Assembly: GCA_021781935.1 (NCBI GenBank) | Contig: JAJXVW010000001.1 | Coordinates: 1-28,077 of the forward strand | DNA length: 28,077 nucleotides | Direction of reading: 5' to 3' | Source: a bacterium | GTDB lineage: Bacteria > Patescibacteriota > Minisyncoccia > Phycocordibacterales > Phycocordibacteraceae | In this document: positions 16,552 through 25,700 of the stretch, piece after piece | How positions within the stretch are numbered: the first letter of the stretch is position 1 | How the letters are laid out: each line of letters starts with the position of its first letter | The notes under the pieces: model-generated | Database searches by the model: none | What the model saw: only the letters and a program-made list of their open reading frames with translations | What the model was told of the DNA's origin: nothing | Position numbers and translations under genes: made by a program

Positions 16552-18191
16552 TGCACCGTTCCGTCGCCATGCTTCTTCTGTTGGTCGTCCTCGTAGTTGC
16601 GACGGGTTCGGGCGCATTCCTCGCGGCCCCGCGTGTGGCACACGCGAACGACTATAATGGCGATGTTCCGGAAATCATTACGCAGGTCTCGAGCACCTTA
16701 AGCAAAGTGGCGAACATTGCGACCGCCGCTTCGACGGCTGCTCTCCAGGTCGACAAGTACGTGCTTGAGCCGCTCGCCTTCATAGAATCAGGGAATTTGA
16801 TAAAATCCATAACCGCCGGCGTCCTCAACTTTGTCGCCGGGCAGACCAATGGCACGGGCGCCCCGCAATTCGTCCAGGACCTGCGCGGCTTTCAGCGTTC
16901 GGTCGCGGATACCCAGGAGCTCGCGTTCGTGAATCAATTCAGCGCGGATTCGAATTCGCCGTTTGCATCATCGATAAGTGCGTCGCTGGCGCAGGGTTAC
17001 GAGGAACAGACGAGTCTGCGCGGTTTCTTCGCGCAGAATCAATGCACGCTGAACGCCGTATCGCCGAACGTTAACGCCTTTCTTTCGGGAAACTGGTCGC
17101 AAGGAGGGACGGCGGCGTGGTTTGCGCTCACGACGCAGCCGCAAAACAACCCGTTCATTCTCTATCCGCAGGCACAAGCGGAGCTCTCCTCGCTCGTAGC
17201 GAACGCCACTAACGCGCAGCTCCAGGAGCTTAATTGGGGCAACGGCTTCCTCTCGTGGTGCGGGTCTACGGATTCGAGCAGCTCGGGTTCGAACGGCGGT
17301 ATCCAACAGGTCGCCGTCACGGGTTCGGGTGGGCAAGGGTATGTATCGCCGCAAGCCGGGCAGACGTGCATGCAAAAGAATGGGAAGCCGGGTGTTATCA
17401 AGACGCCGGGCTCGGTCATTAGCAACGAACTGAATCAGGTCGTCGGCGCGCCGTTGCAGAAGGTGGTGGCGTTCGGCAATCAGGTCGGCCCTGAAATCAA
17501 TGCGATTATGGGGAGCATCGCAACCGTGATGAATACGGTCAATTTCGCATCCGACCTGCTCGGCGGCGGAACGGGCTCCGGAGGTCTTGCCGGCGTCACG
17601 TCGCCTTCTTCTTCCGGCGGCGAGTCCGCGCTCTCGCAATACGCAAACCAAAACGGCTATCTCGGTGCGACGCAGGCAAGCGTCAGTCAGAATAGCGTGA
17701 GCCAGTCGCAGCTCTCCGGTTTTGAGAACCAGGTGAGCACGTTCCAGAACGATTGGGACGCCATTGGGAATGCCGCACAGGCAGCGAGCTCCTCCCTCGG
17801 GCAGCTCTCGAACGGATGCATATCACAGGCGAACGCCGCGCAGACGGCGCTTGACGCCGAGGTCGCTCCGGTTCTCTCGCAGGCGGCGCAGGCGGCGCTA
17901 ACCGTGAAAAATGCGAACGCGATGCTTGCGAAAATACAGGCTGAACAAGGATCGACGGCGCCCGGCTCGGCTGGTGCGCTTGCTGCCGATCTCGCAACGC
18001 TCGGAAATATGCCGCCTACGACCGCTGACGTGGCGAATGCCGAACAGGGAGCAACCGTACTCAACATCGCTACCTCGACGCCTCCGGGGTCGCTTACGGT
18101 TTCCGGCGGGTCGACCGTGGATCAGATGAATCTCATAACGACGAACGCGCATGCGCTCCTGAGCGCCTGCGCCGCGCCGACCGGCGGATAA
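16548..18191 (+). CDS. Hypothetical secreted protein (547 aa), Gly/Ser/Gln-rich
   Basis: Signal peptide ending AHA; Cys pairs, WNGGF-like LNWGNGFLSWC and IKTPGSVI segments; overlaps the upstream stop. Confidence 0.78.
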   Translation: MMHRSVAMLLLLVVLVVATGSGAFLAAPRVAHANDYNGDVPEIITQVSSTLSKVANIATAASTAALQVDKYVLEPLAFIESGNLIKSITAGVLNFVAGQTNGTGAPQFVQDLRGFQRSVADTQELAFVNQFSADSNSPFASSISASLAQGYEEQTSLRGFFAQNQCTLNAVSPNVNAFLSGNWSQGGTAAWFALTTQPQNNPFILYPQAQAELSSLVANATNAQLQELNWGNGFLSWCGSTDSSSSGSNGGIQQVAVTGSGGQGYVSPQAGQTCMQKNGKPGVIKTPGSVISNELNQVVGAPLQKVVAFGNQVGPEINAIMGSIATVMNTVNFASDLLGGGTGSGGLAGVTSPSSSGGESALSQYANQNGYLGATQASVSQNSVSQSQLSGFENQVSTFQNDWDAIGNAAQAASSSLGQLSNGCISQANAAQTALDAEVAPVLSQAAQAALTVKNANAMLAKIQAEQGSTAPGSAGALAADLATLGNMPPTTADVANAEQGATVLNIATSTPPGSLTVSGGSTVDQMNLITTNAHALLSACAAPTGG

Positions 18192-18194
18192 GCT

Positions 18195-20408
18195 ATGAAA
18201 CGCTTCGCGCTCATCCTCACCGCTCTCTGCACCTTCGGGCTTTCTGCCTACGCCCCGATCGCACACGCGCAGCCGTCGCCCTACGCGAATGCTCCTGCGG
18301 GAAATGGCACCACCGCTCCCTCTCTCGATCCGACGTTCCTTCAGCCGACAGAGCCGACGGTGACCAATCCGAACATTACCTGCACGAATTCTAACTGTAC
18401 GACAAATCCGGCCGGGGTCGATAATCCCACCTTGCCGAAGACCTACACGGATAACACGAGCACCTACGGATACATCATGTCCGAGATCATGGGGCTTTTC
18501 GCCTGGCTCCTGGGCACGGCGGCGCTCACGCTTGATTATGCGGCGTACTACACGGTCGTGCATGCCGGCGCGTTCCTCGGGAGCAATACTGCGAACGGCC
18601 TTTCTGCCATCGGCGTCGTGTGGCAGATATTCCGCAACATCGGCAACATCGTGCTCATCTTCGGATTTCTGGCGGTCGGTATCGAGATTATGCTCGGCAC
18701 GCAATCATATGGTGCGAAGAAGATGATTCCAATACTTCTCATAGCTGCCGTCTTTCTCAACTTCTCGCTCTTCATCTCCGAAGCGATCATTGACGTTGGA
18801 AACCTGTTCGCAACAGAATTTTATGCGCAGATAAACGGCGGGCAGGTCCTCACGCCGCAGCAGATTGATACCATGTCGGGCAACTCCGTTACGGCTGCAA
18901 TTCATGATGAGGGCATCAGCAACCGCATCATGCAGCAGCTCGGGCTCGCGGCGATTTACGGCGGAGCGCTCGATCAGCAGACGGGCTCCACGGGATCCGG
19001 AAAGGCAAATGCGATCCTTAACTCCAATTCCGCCTGGTATATCGGCTTCCTCGGCATCATGCTCTTTCTCATCGCCGCGTTCGTGATGTTTTCACTCGCA
19101 TTCATACTTATCGCGCGCTTCGTCATCCTTATACTGCTTATCGTCGTCGCTCCGATCGGATTCGCCGGACTCGCCGTTCCGAAACTCTCGAAGACTGCAA
19201 GCAGTTGGTGGAGCTATCTCTTCCAGCAGACCATCACGGCACCCATCCTCATGCTTCTTCTGTATGTGGCGCTTGCGGTCATCACGGACGCCAACTTCCT
19301 CTCCGGTTTCGGCGTGAATCATGGCGGCCAGAGCGCGGCGGATCTTTGGGACGGCTTCCTAACCGGACATTTTTCCGGATTCGCTTCGCTCGTCCTTTCC
19401 TTCCTCGTCGCGATGGGGCTCTTGCTCGCGGTCACGATTGCGGCAAAAAAAATGTCAGCCTTCGGTGCCGATGCGGCAATGAAATGGGGAACACGCCTTT
19501 CTGGTATGGGACTCACGGCGGCAGCTGTCGGGTGGACGGGAAGGCGTACGCTAGGTGCGATCGGACATTCTGGCGCTGCAGGCATTAGGAGGACAGGCTT
19601 CGGCCGAACGGCACTCGGTATGAGTGTGGCCAGCGGTCTCGAAAATAAGCTCGCAAAGAACAGCTTTGATTTCCGCAATACCAGCCTTGCGAAATCCGTT
19701 GGGCAGGCCGGGATTCAGTTCGGCAAGGGCCAAAAGGGTGGAGCAAAGAAGGAATATGAAGATCAGAAGAAAGCCTACGAAAAGGCAGCTGAGGAGTCGA
19801 TTCGCGAGCGCCCGAAGACAAAGGAGGAGCGGGAGGCAATCAGAGAGGCTGAAGAGAAGCATCGGAGCGCAACTGAGGAAAAGTCAGACGCGGTTACGGC
19901 GAAGAGTCGAGCCGAGCTCAATCATGCCTCGAGCGCAGAGGAACTCAAGCGACTTGAGACGCTCAGGGATACTGATCCGCAGTGGATGGCCAACCTCAAG
20001 AATTACAAGCAACTGCAGGATGCGCAGGAGGCAGAGAGAAAGAGCGCTACCGATCTCGCTTCGGCGACAACCAGGCTAGCAGATGCTGAGAAGGCAGAAG
20101 CCCAGGCAAAGAAGGAGCTCACGACTACCAGATCGGAAATTGAGACTCCAATTAAACGAGATTTCCGTAATAGGCAAGAGGCGTATGCCAATCGTCTTCA
20201 AGCATGGTCTCGGACGCGTTTCTGGGTTGGCGGTGGCGCTTTGCGCGATGCGGCGGGGACTGTGCGTAAGAATATAGGCAAGACGAAGAAGGAAAAAGAA
20301 GAAGGAGAACTCATCAAGACTTTAAATAAACTCGCGAAGAAGGCAGATGTCGAAGAAGGCGGAGGAGGGGCGGGCGAGGAAAAGAAAGAGACAGCGGGAT
20401 CACACTAA
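18195..20408 (+). CDS. Polytopic membrane protein, VirB6/TrbL-like, with a charged coiled-coil C-terminal tail
   Basis: Signal peptide, about 7 TM segments (WQIFRNIGNIVLIF; ARFVILILLIVVAPIGF…WW), then Lys/Glu-rich tail. The VirB6 call rests on topology, not a search. Confidence 0.65.
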   Translation: MKRFALILTALCTFGLSAYAPIAHAQPSPYANAPAGNGTTAPSLDPTFLQPTEPTVTNPNITCTNSNCTTNPAGVDNPTLPKTYTDNTSTYGYIMSEIMGLFAWLLGTAALTLDYAAYYTVVHAGAFLGSNTANGLSAIGVVWQIFRNIGNIVLIFGFLAVGIEIMLGTQSYGAKKMIPILLIAAVFLNFSLFISEAIIDVGNLFATEFYAQINGGQVLTPQQIDTMSGNSVTAAIHDEGISNRIMQQLGLAAIYGGALDQQTGSTGSGKANAILNSNSAWYIGFLGIMLFLIAAFVMFSLAFILIARFVILILLIVVAPIGFAGLAVPKLSKTASSWWSYLFQQTITAPILMLLLYVALAVITDANFLSGFGVNHGGQSAADLWDGFLTGHFSGFASLVLSFLVAMGLLLAVTIAAKKMSAFGADAAMKWGTRLSGMGLTAAAVGWTGRRTLGAIGHSGAAGIRRTGFGRTALGMSVASGLENKLAKNSFDFRNTSLAKSVGQAGIQFGKGQKGGAKKEYEDQKKAYEKAAEESIRERPKTKEEREAIREAEEKHRSATEEKSDAVTAKSRAELNHASSAEELKRLETLRDTDPQWMANLKNYKQLQDAQEAERKSATDLASATTRLADAEKAEAQAKKELTTTRSEIETPIKRDFRNRQEAYANRLQAWSRTRFWVGGGALRDAAGTVRKNIGKTKKEKEEGELIKTLNKLAKKADVEEGGGGAGEEKKETAGSH

Positions 20409-20417
20409 GATTAATGT

Positions 20418-21248
20418 ATGACCGACGAACCCAAAGAACTAACGCTTGAGGAAAGCCTGGAGCTGCTGCTCAGACAGCTCCCCCCAGCCGTCCGCCAAGT
20501 ATTTATTGGAGATACGATTCCTCAGGTGGTTCAGGTATTGATGCGCAAATACGGGATGCACGTTGACCAAGGAGCCGTTCTTGAGCGCGAGATCATTCAA
20601 CTCCTGCTCGGCGTCAAGGACCCGGATGAGTTCGCGAGCTCACTCTCTGAAGAGGCGAGATTTACGACGGATACGGTAAACGCGATAGCGAACGACGTAA
20701 ACGATCTCATCTTCGTGCCAATTAGAAAGAAAGAGATGCAGCAAACAAAAACTTCGGAACCGTTGCGAGTGGCGCAAGCACGTCCTGCGGCACAAGCGCC
20801 GAACTACGCGCCGCCGGCACCTCCGGTACCGCCGCAGGCGGTGTCGGTTCCTCCGCCGCTCGTGAACCGCGCGACCCCCGAATCGGTTGCACCGATGGCT
20901 CCGCAGTCAGCGCCACTCGAGTCTCGGGAGGGAGCGACGATGGACGCGGCGCGCCCACTCCGGCATCTGAATCTCCTTGAGCACGAGGACAGGAATGACG
21001 TTGAAGCCGCTCCAGCGCCCATGCTTGCGTCGGCTGTTCCGGTCGCCCGCGGGGGAGTTCCGGCGCCTCTTCCTCCCAAAGCAGCGCTTCCGCGACAGAC
21101 AGCCCCGGTGCAGCCCGGTCTCTCGCCTCGACCGGTGGTCGTCCGTCCGCCGGTGCCGCCGCCCCCGCACCTTCCGGGCGCACCGGAGCCCGAACCGCCT
21201 GCCCAAGGGAACTACCCGGCCGATCCATACCGCGAACCTATAGAATGA
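20418..21248 (+). CDS. Hypothetical protein: helical N-domain, Pro/Ala-rich linker, C-terminal DPYREPIE
   Basis: 276-aa ORF starting 9 nt after the previous stop. Confidence 0.78.
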   Translation: MTDEPKELTLEESLELLLRQLPPAVRQVFIGDTIPQVVQVLMRKYGMHVDQGAVLEREIIQLLLGVKDPDEFASSLSEEARFTTDTVNAIANDVNDLIFVPIRKKEMQQTKTSEPLRVAQARPAAQAPNYAPPAPPVPPQAVSVPPPLVNRATPESVAPMAPQSAPLESREGATMDAARPLRHLNLLEHEDRNDVEAAPAPMLASAVPVARGGVPAPLPPKAALPRQTAPVQPGLSPRPVVVRPPVPPPPHLPGAPEPEPPAQGNYPADPYREPIE

Positions 21249-21273
21249 ACGTCCCGGAAAACTCCCGAGCGGG

Positions 21274-21302
21274 TTGCGCTTTCGGCGCTATTCCTATATA
21301 TT
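21274..21302 (+). promoter_or_regulatory. Sigma70-type promoter of rpsL
   Basis: TTGCGC-17 nt-TATATT. Confidence 0.6.
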
Positions 21303-21335
21303 GCGACAGACCCAGACGCGGGTCTTATTTATTGC

Positions 21336-21746
21336 ATGGCCACCATCAACCAGCTCACCAAGAAGCGCCGCTCTGACAAGCAGCGGAAGTCGAAAGTACT
21401 CGCGCTCACGCGCGGCTTCAATGCGCTCAAGAACCGGCCGACGTACTATGCATCGCCGTTCAAGCGCGGCGTCTGTACGAAAGTGACGACGAAGACCCCG
21501 CGCAAGCCGAACTCTGCCATCCGGAAGATCGCCCGCGTGCGGCTCACGAACGGCATGGAGGTGACCGCCTACATCCCGGGCGAGGGACATAACCTTCAGG
21601 AGCACTCGGTCGTGCTCGTACGCGGCGGCCGAGTGAAGGACATCGGCGTGAACTACACCGTGGTCCGCGGCAAGCTCGATACCTCCGGTATCGAGAAGCG
21701 CCGCCGCGGTCGCTCGCGGTACGGCGCAAAGCGTCCGAAGGCGTAG
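21336..21746 (+). CDS. rpsL: 30S ribosomal protein S12
   Basis: [22 protein letters not shown] and [10 protein letters not shown] motifs. Confidence 0.98.
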   Translation: MATINQLTKKRRSDKQRKSKVLALTRGFNALKNRPTYYASPFKRGVCTKVTTKTPRKPNSAIRKIARVRLTNGMEVTAYIPGEGHNLQEHSVVLVRGGRVKDIGVNYTVVRGKLDTSGIEKRRRGRSRYGAKRPKA

Positions 21747-21768
21747 ATTTTCCTCATACTGATTCATC

Positions 21769-22233
21769 ATGCGACGTCCTCTCAAGAAGAAGCGCACCTG
21801 GCAGCCGGATACGAAGTACCATTCGGAGCTCATAACCCGTTTCATCAATGCGGTGATGTGGGATGGCAAGAAAGACACCGCGCGCACGCTCGTCTACGAT
21901 GCGATGGCGAAGCTTGCCGCTGAAGGAGGCGACCCGCTCGAGACCTTCGATGCGGCGATACGGAACGTCTCTCCTCTTATGGAGGTGCGCTCCCGCCGCG
22001 TCGGCGGCGCGAACTACCAGGTGCCGCGCGAAGTCCCGCAGCAGCGGCGGCTCGCGCTCGCGTTTCGCTGGATCATCGGCAGCGCGCGCAGCGGCAAAGG
22101 CCGCCCGATGGCTGAGAAGCTCGCCGAGCAGATAAAGCTCGCCGCGAACAATGAAGGTGACGCGATCAAAAAGAAGGACGAGATGCACCGCATGGCGGAG
22201 GCGAATAAGGCCTTCGCGCACTTCGCCTGGTAA
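21769..22233 (+). CDS. rpsG: 30S ribosomal protein S7
   Basis: EVRSRRVGGANYQVP and HRMAEANKAFAH motifs. Confidence 0.98.
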   Translation: MRRPLKKKRTWQPDTKYHSELITRFINAVMWDGKKDTARTLVYDAMAKLAAEGGDPLETFDAAIRNVSPLMEVRSRRVGGANYQVPREVPQQRRLALAFRWIIGSARSGKGRPMAEKLAEQIKLAANNEGDAIKKKDEMHRMAEANKAFAHFAW

Positions 22234-22249
22234 ATCTTCGGATGAAGAC

Positions 22250-22279
22250 AAAAAACCGCCCCCTCGGGGCGGTTTTTTT
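22250..22279 (+). terminator. Intrinsic terminator after rpsG
   Basis: AAAAAACCGCCCC-CTC-GGGGCGGTTTTTTT. Confidence 0.85.
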
Positions 22280-22351
22280 GTATTAAGGATTTCGTGCCAA
22301 GCGCGGCGCGTCCGGCGTACCCTACTAGGAAGCTCTTTACGGGTGGATGTC

Positions 22352-22552
22352 ATGCCCTGGGGCAAGTTCTTGGCCATCATCGCGTGGCTGCTCGCATGGA
22401 CGCTCGCTATTCTCGCGCTCGTCGGGTACTTCGCACTCATCCTAGAGGGCCATTTGCGTGACATTGCAGAGTATCTCTGCTTTGCCGCAGCTGCAGCACT
22501 CTTCGTCATTATTATCCTGCTCCGCCGCTTCGTGCGGCGGGAGGAGCTCTAA
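22352..22552 (+). CDS. Small two-TM membrane protein (66 aa, MPWGKFLAII…)
   Basis: Two hydrophobic helices and a basic tail; a palindrome follows the stop. Confidence 0.6.
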   Translation: MPWGKFLAIIAWLLAWTLAILALVGYFALILEGHLRDIAEYLCFAAAAALFVIIILLRRFVRREEL

Positions 22553-22576
22553 CCCGGCCGCGTACGCGGCCGGGTT
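22551..22576. terminator. Perfect 26-bp palindrome / terminator
   Basis: AACCCGGCCGCGT|ACGCGGCCGGGTT. Confidence 0.6.
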
Positions 22577-22632
22577 TCTGCGTCGCGAAGGGTGCGCTAT
22601 GCTCTTGGCAGAAACCGTATAGGGAGAGGCCC

Positions 22633-22827
22633 ATGGTCGCGGTATGCGATGAGCGGTACATGCGAGCAAAACTGCGCGACAGCCGGCGTGCGAAGTCCAG
22701 AACGCGCCGCGCGCTCAGGAAGGCATTCGGCAAAAAACGCGGCGACGAGATCTTGGAATATGCCTGTGGCGTGGCCGAGGCGCGCTTGAAGAACGACAAC
22801 CAGCACATCTTCGGCGTCCAGAGCTGA
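22633..22827 (+). CDS. Small basic hypothetical protein (64 aa)
   Basis: TATGCT -10 at 22598, SD-like GGGAGAGG, and a terminator at 22836. Confidence 0.5.
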   Translation: MVAVCDERYMRAKLRDSRRAKSRTRRALRKAFGKKRGDEILEYACGVAEARLKNDNQHIFGVQS

Positions 22828-22835
22828 CCTATTGC

Positions 22836-22862
22836 AAGCGCCCCGCCGGGCGCTTGTCTTTT
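22836..22862 (+). terminator. Intrinsic terminator before fusA
   Basis: AAGCGCCC-CGCC-GGGCGCTT followed by GTCTTTT. Confidence 0.6.
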
Positions 22863-22924
22863 ACTGCAATTCCGCTACTATCCAAGGTAACGCCCCGGCG
22901 GCTTTTATTTTTGTAACCAAGTAT

Positions 22925-25102
22925 ATGAAGCGAGATTACCCATTGGAGAAGGTGCGCAATTTCGGCATCATCGCCCACATCGATGCGGGTAAGACGACCA
23001 CGTCTGAGCGCATCCTTTTCTATACGGGCATGAGCCACAAGATCGGCGAAGTGCACGAAGGAGAGACGGTCACCGATTGGATGGAACAGGAGCGCGAGCG
23101 CGGTATCACGATCACCGCGGCGGCCATCACCTGTTTCTGGACCCCGACTCACGCGCGCATGCAAGACGGCGTCGTCCAAGCAACCGACGGCACGAACCCT
23201 GCGCGCCACCGTTTCAACATCATCGATACCCCCGGACACATCGACTTCACCGCCGAGGTGCAGCGCTCCATGCGCGTACTGGACGGCGCGGTCGTCGTCT
23301 TTGACGGCGTTTCTGGCGTCGAGCCGCAGTCGGAGACGAACTGGCGCTATGCCGACGATGCGAATGTCCCGCGCCTCTGCTTCATCAACAAGCTTGATCG
23401 CACCGGCGCTTCCTTCGAGGATTCCTATAAATCCATCCTTGATCGTCTCTCGCCGAAGGCTATTCGCGCGCAGATCCCCATCGGGCTCGAGGGCGAGCAT
23501 GAGGGCGTCATCGACCTCATCACCATGAAGGCCTACTACTTCGAAGGCAACATGGGTCAGGAGGTCCGCGAGGCGGACATTCCGGAGAATCTGAAGGCGG
23601 ATGCGCAGAAGTATCGCAGCGAGCTCATCGAACGCGTCGTCGAACAGGACGATGCCGCGATGAACGCATACCTCGAGGGCAAGGAGCCGTCTGCGGAGGA
23701 GATCAAGGCGCTCTTGCGCAAGGGGGTAATCAAGAACGAGATATTCCCGGTCTATGCAGGCTCGGCCCTTAAGAACAAAGGCGTACAGCTCGTGCTCGAC
23801 GCGGTCGTCGACTACCTCCCGTCCCCGCTCGACCTTCCGGCGGTAACCGGTACGGACCCGAAAACCGGCAATCCGATAGAGCGCCACGCTTCCGACGATG
23901 AACCGTTCTCGGCGCTCGCATTCAAGCTTCAGACCGATCCGTTCGTCGGATCGCTCACCTTCTTCCGCGTGTATTCCGGTTCGGTGACTTCGGGTTCATA
24001 CGTTTACAACTCGACGACCGGTAACAAGGAACGAGTATCGCGCATCGTGCGGCTCCAGGCCGACAAGCGCGAGGAAGTCGAACAGGTCTTTGCGGGCGAG
24101 ATCGCAGCGGCCGTCGGCCTCAAGGACACGAAAACCTCGCATACGCTCTGCGATGAAGCTCACCCGATCATCCTTGAAGAGATCACCTTCCCGGAGCCGG
24201 TCGTTTCCGTGCGCATCGAGCCGAAGACGAAGGCTGACCAGGAGAAGATGGGTGTCGCCCTCAGAAAGCTTGCGGACGAGGACCCGACCTTCAAGGTCTC
24301 GACTGATGAAGAAACGGGAGAAACGATCATCAGCGGCATGGGCGAGCTCCACCTCGAGATCCTGGTCGATCGCATGAAGCGCGAGTTCAACGTAGTCGCC
24401 GACACCGGCAAGCCGCAGGTGGCGTACCGCGAGACCATCCAAGGTTCTTCGGAAGTCGAGAATAAGTACATCAAGCAGACGGGCGGCCGCGGTCAGTACG
24501 GGCACGTAAAGATTAAGATGAAGAAGCTCGAACCGCTTCCCGAGGGCGATGATGTGAAGATTCCGAAGAATGTCACACGCGAGGATCATTTCGAGTTCAT
24601 AAACAGCATCAAAGGCGGCGTCATTCCGCAGGAATACATCCCTGCCGTCGAGAAGGGCGTGCGCGAGGCCATGGCGCGCGGCGTCCTCGCCGGGTACCCG
24701 ATGGTGGACATCTCCATCGAACTCGTCGACGGCTCGTACCACGATGTGGACTCCTCCGAGGTCGCGTACAAGATCGCTGCTTCGCAAGCCTTCCAGGAGG
24801 CCGCACAGAAGGCCAAGGCCGTCCTTCTCGAACCGATAATGAAGGTCGAGGTAATCGTGCCGGATCAGTTCATGGGCGACATCACCGGCAACCTCTCAGG
24901 TAAGCGCGGGCAGATTGAGGGTATGGAAGAGCGCGGCATGAACAAGGCCGTCCACGCCATGGTGCCGCTTTCCGAGATGTTCGGCTACACGACGACTCTG
25001 CGCTCCATGACGGAAGGCCGCGGCTCGATGACCATGGAATTCGACCACTACGACGTGGTACCGACGAACGTCGCGCAGGACATCATCGCCGCGAGAAAGT
25101 AG
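22925..25102 (+). CDS. fusA: Elongation factor G (start ATG 22925, [12 protein letters not shown])
   Basis: [33 protein letters not shown] and GGRGQYGHV motifs. Confidence 0.98.
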   Translation: MKRDYPLEKVRNFGIIAHIDAGKTTTSERILFYTGMSHKIGEVHEGETVTDWMEQERERGITITAAAITCFWTPTHARMQDGVVQATDGTNPARHRFNIIDTPGHIDFTAEVQRSMRVLDGAVVVFDGVSGVEPQSETNWRYADDANVPRLCFINKLDRTGASFEDSYKSILDRLSPKAIRAQIPIGLEGEHEGVIDLITMKAYYFEGNMGQEVREADIPENLKADAQKYRSELIERVVEQDDAAMNAYLEGKEPSAEEIKALLRKGVIKNEIFPVYAGSALKNKGVQLVLDAVVDYLPSPLDLPAVTGTDPKTGNPIERHASDDEPFSALAFKLQTDPFVGSLTFFRVYSGSVTSGSYVYNSTTGNKERVSRIVRLQADKREEVEQVFAGEIAAAVGLKDTKTSHTLCDEAHPIILEEITFPEPVVSVRIEPKTKADQEKMGVALRKLADEDPTFKVSTDEETGETIISGMGELHLEILVDRMKREFNVVADTGKPQVAYRETIQGSSEVENKYIKQTGGRGQYGHVKIKMKKLEPLPEGDDVKIPKNVTREDHFEFINSIKGGVIPQEYIPAVEKGVREAMARGVLAGYPMVDISIELVDGSYHDVDSSEVAYKIAASQAFQEAAQKAKAVLLEPIMKVEVIVPDQFMGDITGNLSGKRGQIEGMEERGMNKAVHAMVPLSEMFGYTTTLRSMTEGRGSMTMEFDHYDVVPTNVAQDIIAARK

Positions 25103-25118
25103 TCGTTTCCGTGCGGAT

Positions 25119-25156
25119 AAAGCGCGGAGCCCCGATTCTCGGGGCTCCGCGCTTTT
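25119..25156 (+). terminator. Intrinsic terminator after fusA (17-bp stem)
   Basis: AAAGCGCGGAGCCCCGA-TTC-TCGGGGCTCCGCGCTTTT. Confidence 0.85.
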
Positions 25157-25178
25157 CGCGCAGTGGTATCATTCCCGC

Positions 25179-25550
25179 ATGCATTTCCTCGAGCGGTTAT
25201 TCGTCGGCCGCATCGCCCGACTCAATTATTTCCTCGGTTCGGTCATCGCGGGGCTAGCCGCGTGGGCCATCGTGCTCATCGTCGCGGTTCTGTTCGGCAG
25301 GACAGCCGGTGCGATCGCCCTCATGATCATATATGCGATTCTTATCCTGATTTCGTTCTCGCTCGTCGTACGAAGGATCCATGACCTCGGTTGGCGCGGG
25401 TGGTGGTCGTTTCTCATGCTCATACCATTCGTGAATCTCGCATTCGGGCTCTTTATCCTCTTCAGGCGCGGCGCGCAGATGCCGAATGCGTATGGACCGG
25501 TTCCTTCGGCGGCGGTCGATCTTCTTGGTTCACTCTTCCCGCGCGGGTGA
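25179..25550 (+). CDS. DUF805 (YhaH-like) inner-membrane protein
   Basis: GRIARLNYF, VVRRIHDLGWRGWW and PNAYGP motifs. Confidence 0.85.
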   Translation: MHFLERLFVGRIARLNYFLGSVIAGLAAWAIVLIVAVLFGRTAGAIALMIIYAILILISFSLVVRRIHDLGWRGWWSFLMLIPFVNLAFGLFILFRRGAQMPNAYGPVPSAAVDLLGSLFPRG

Positions 25551-25560
25551 AGCGAACCCC

Positions 25561-25589
25561 TTGCACATTTACTCCGGCTCTCGTATATT
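25561..25589 (+). promoter_or_regulatory. Sigma70-type promoter of tuf
   Basis: TTGCAC-17 nt-TATATT. Confidence 0.65.
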
Positions 25590-25700
25590 CCCTATAACGC
25601 ATCTTGGCGTCGCTCTTTGGCTTGTCTGCAGTTCTGCTCACGAGCCGGGAGTGTATTTCCGACTCCGTCGGGATTATTACTTACTTTACAGGTACGATTT

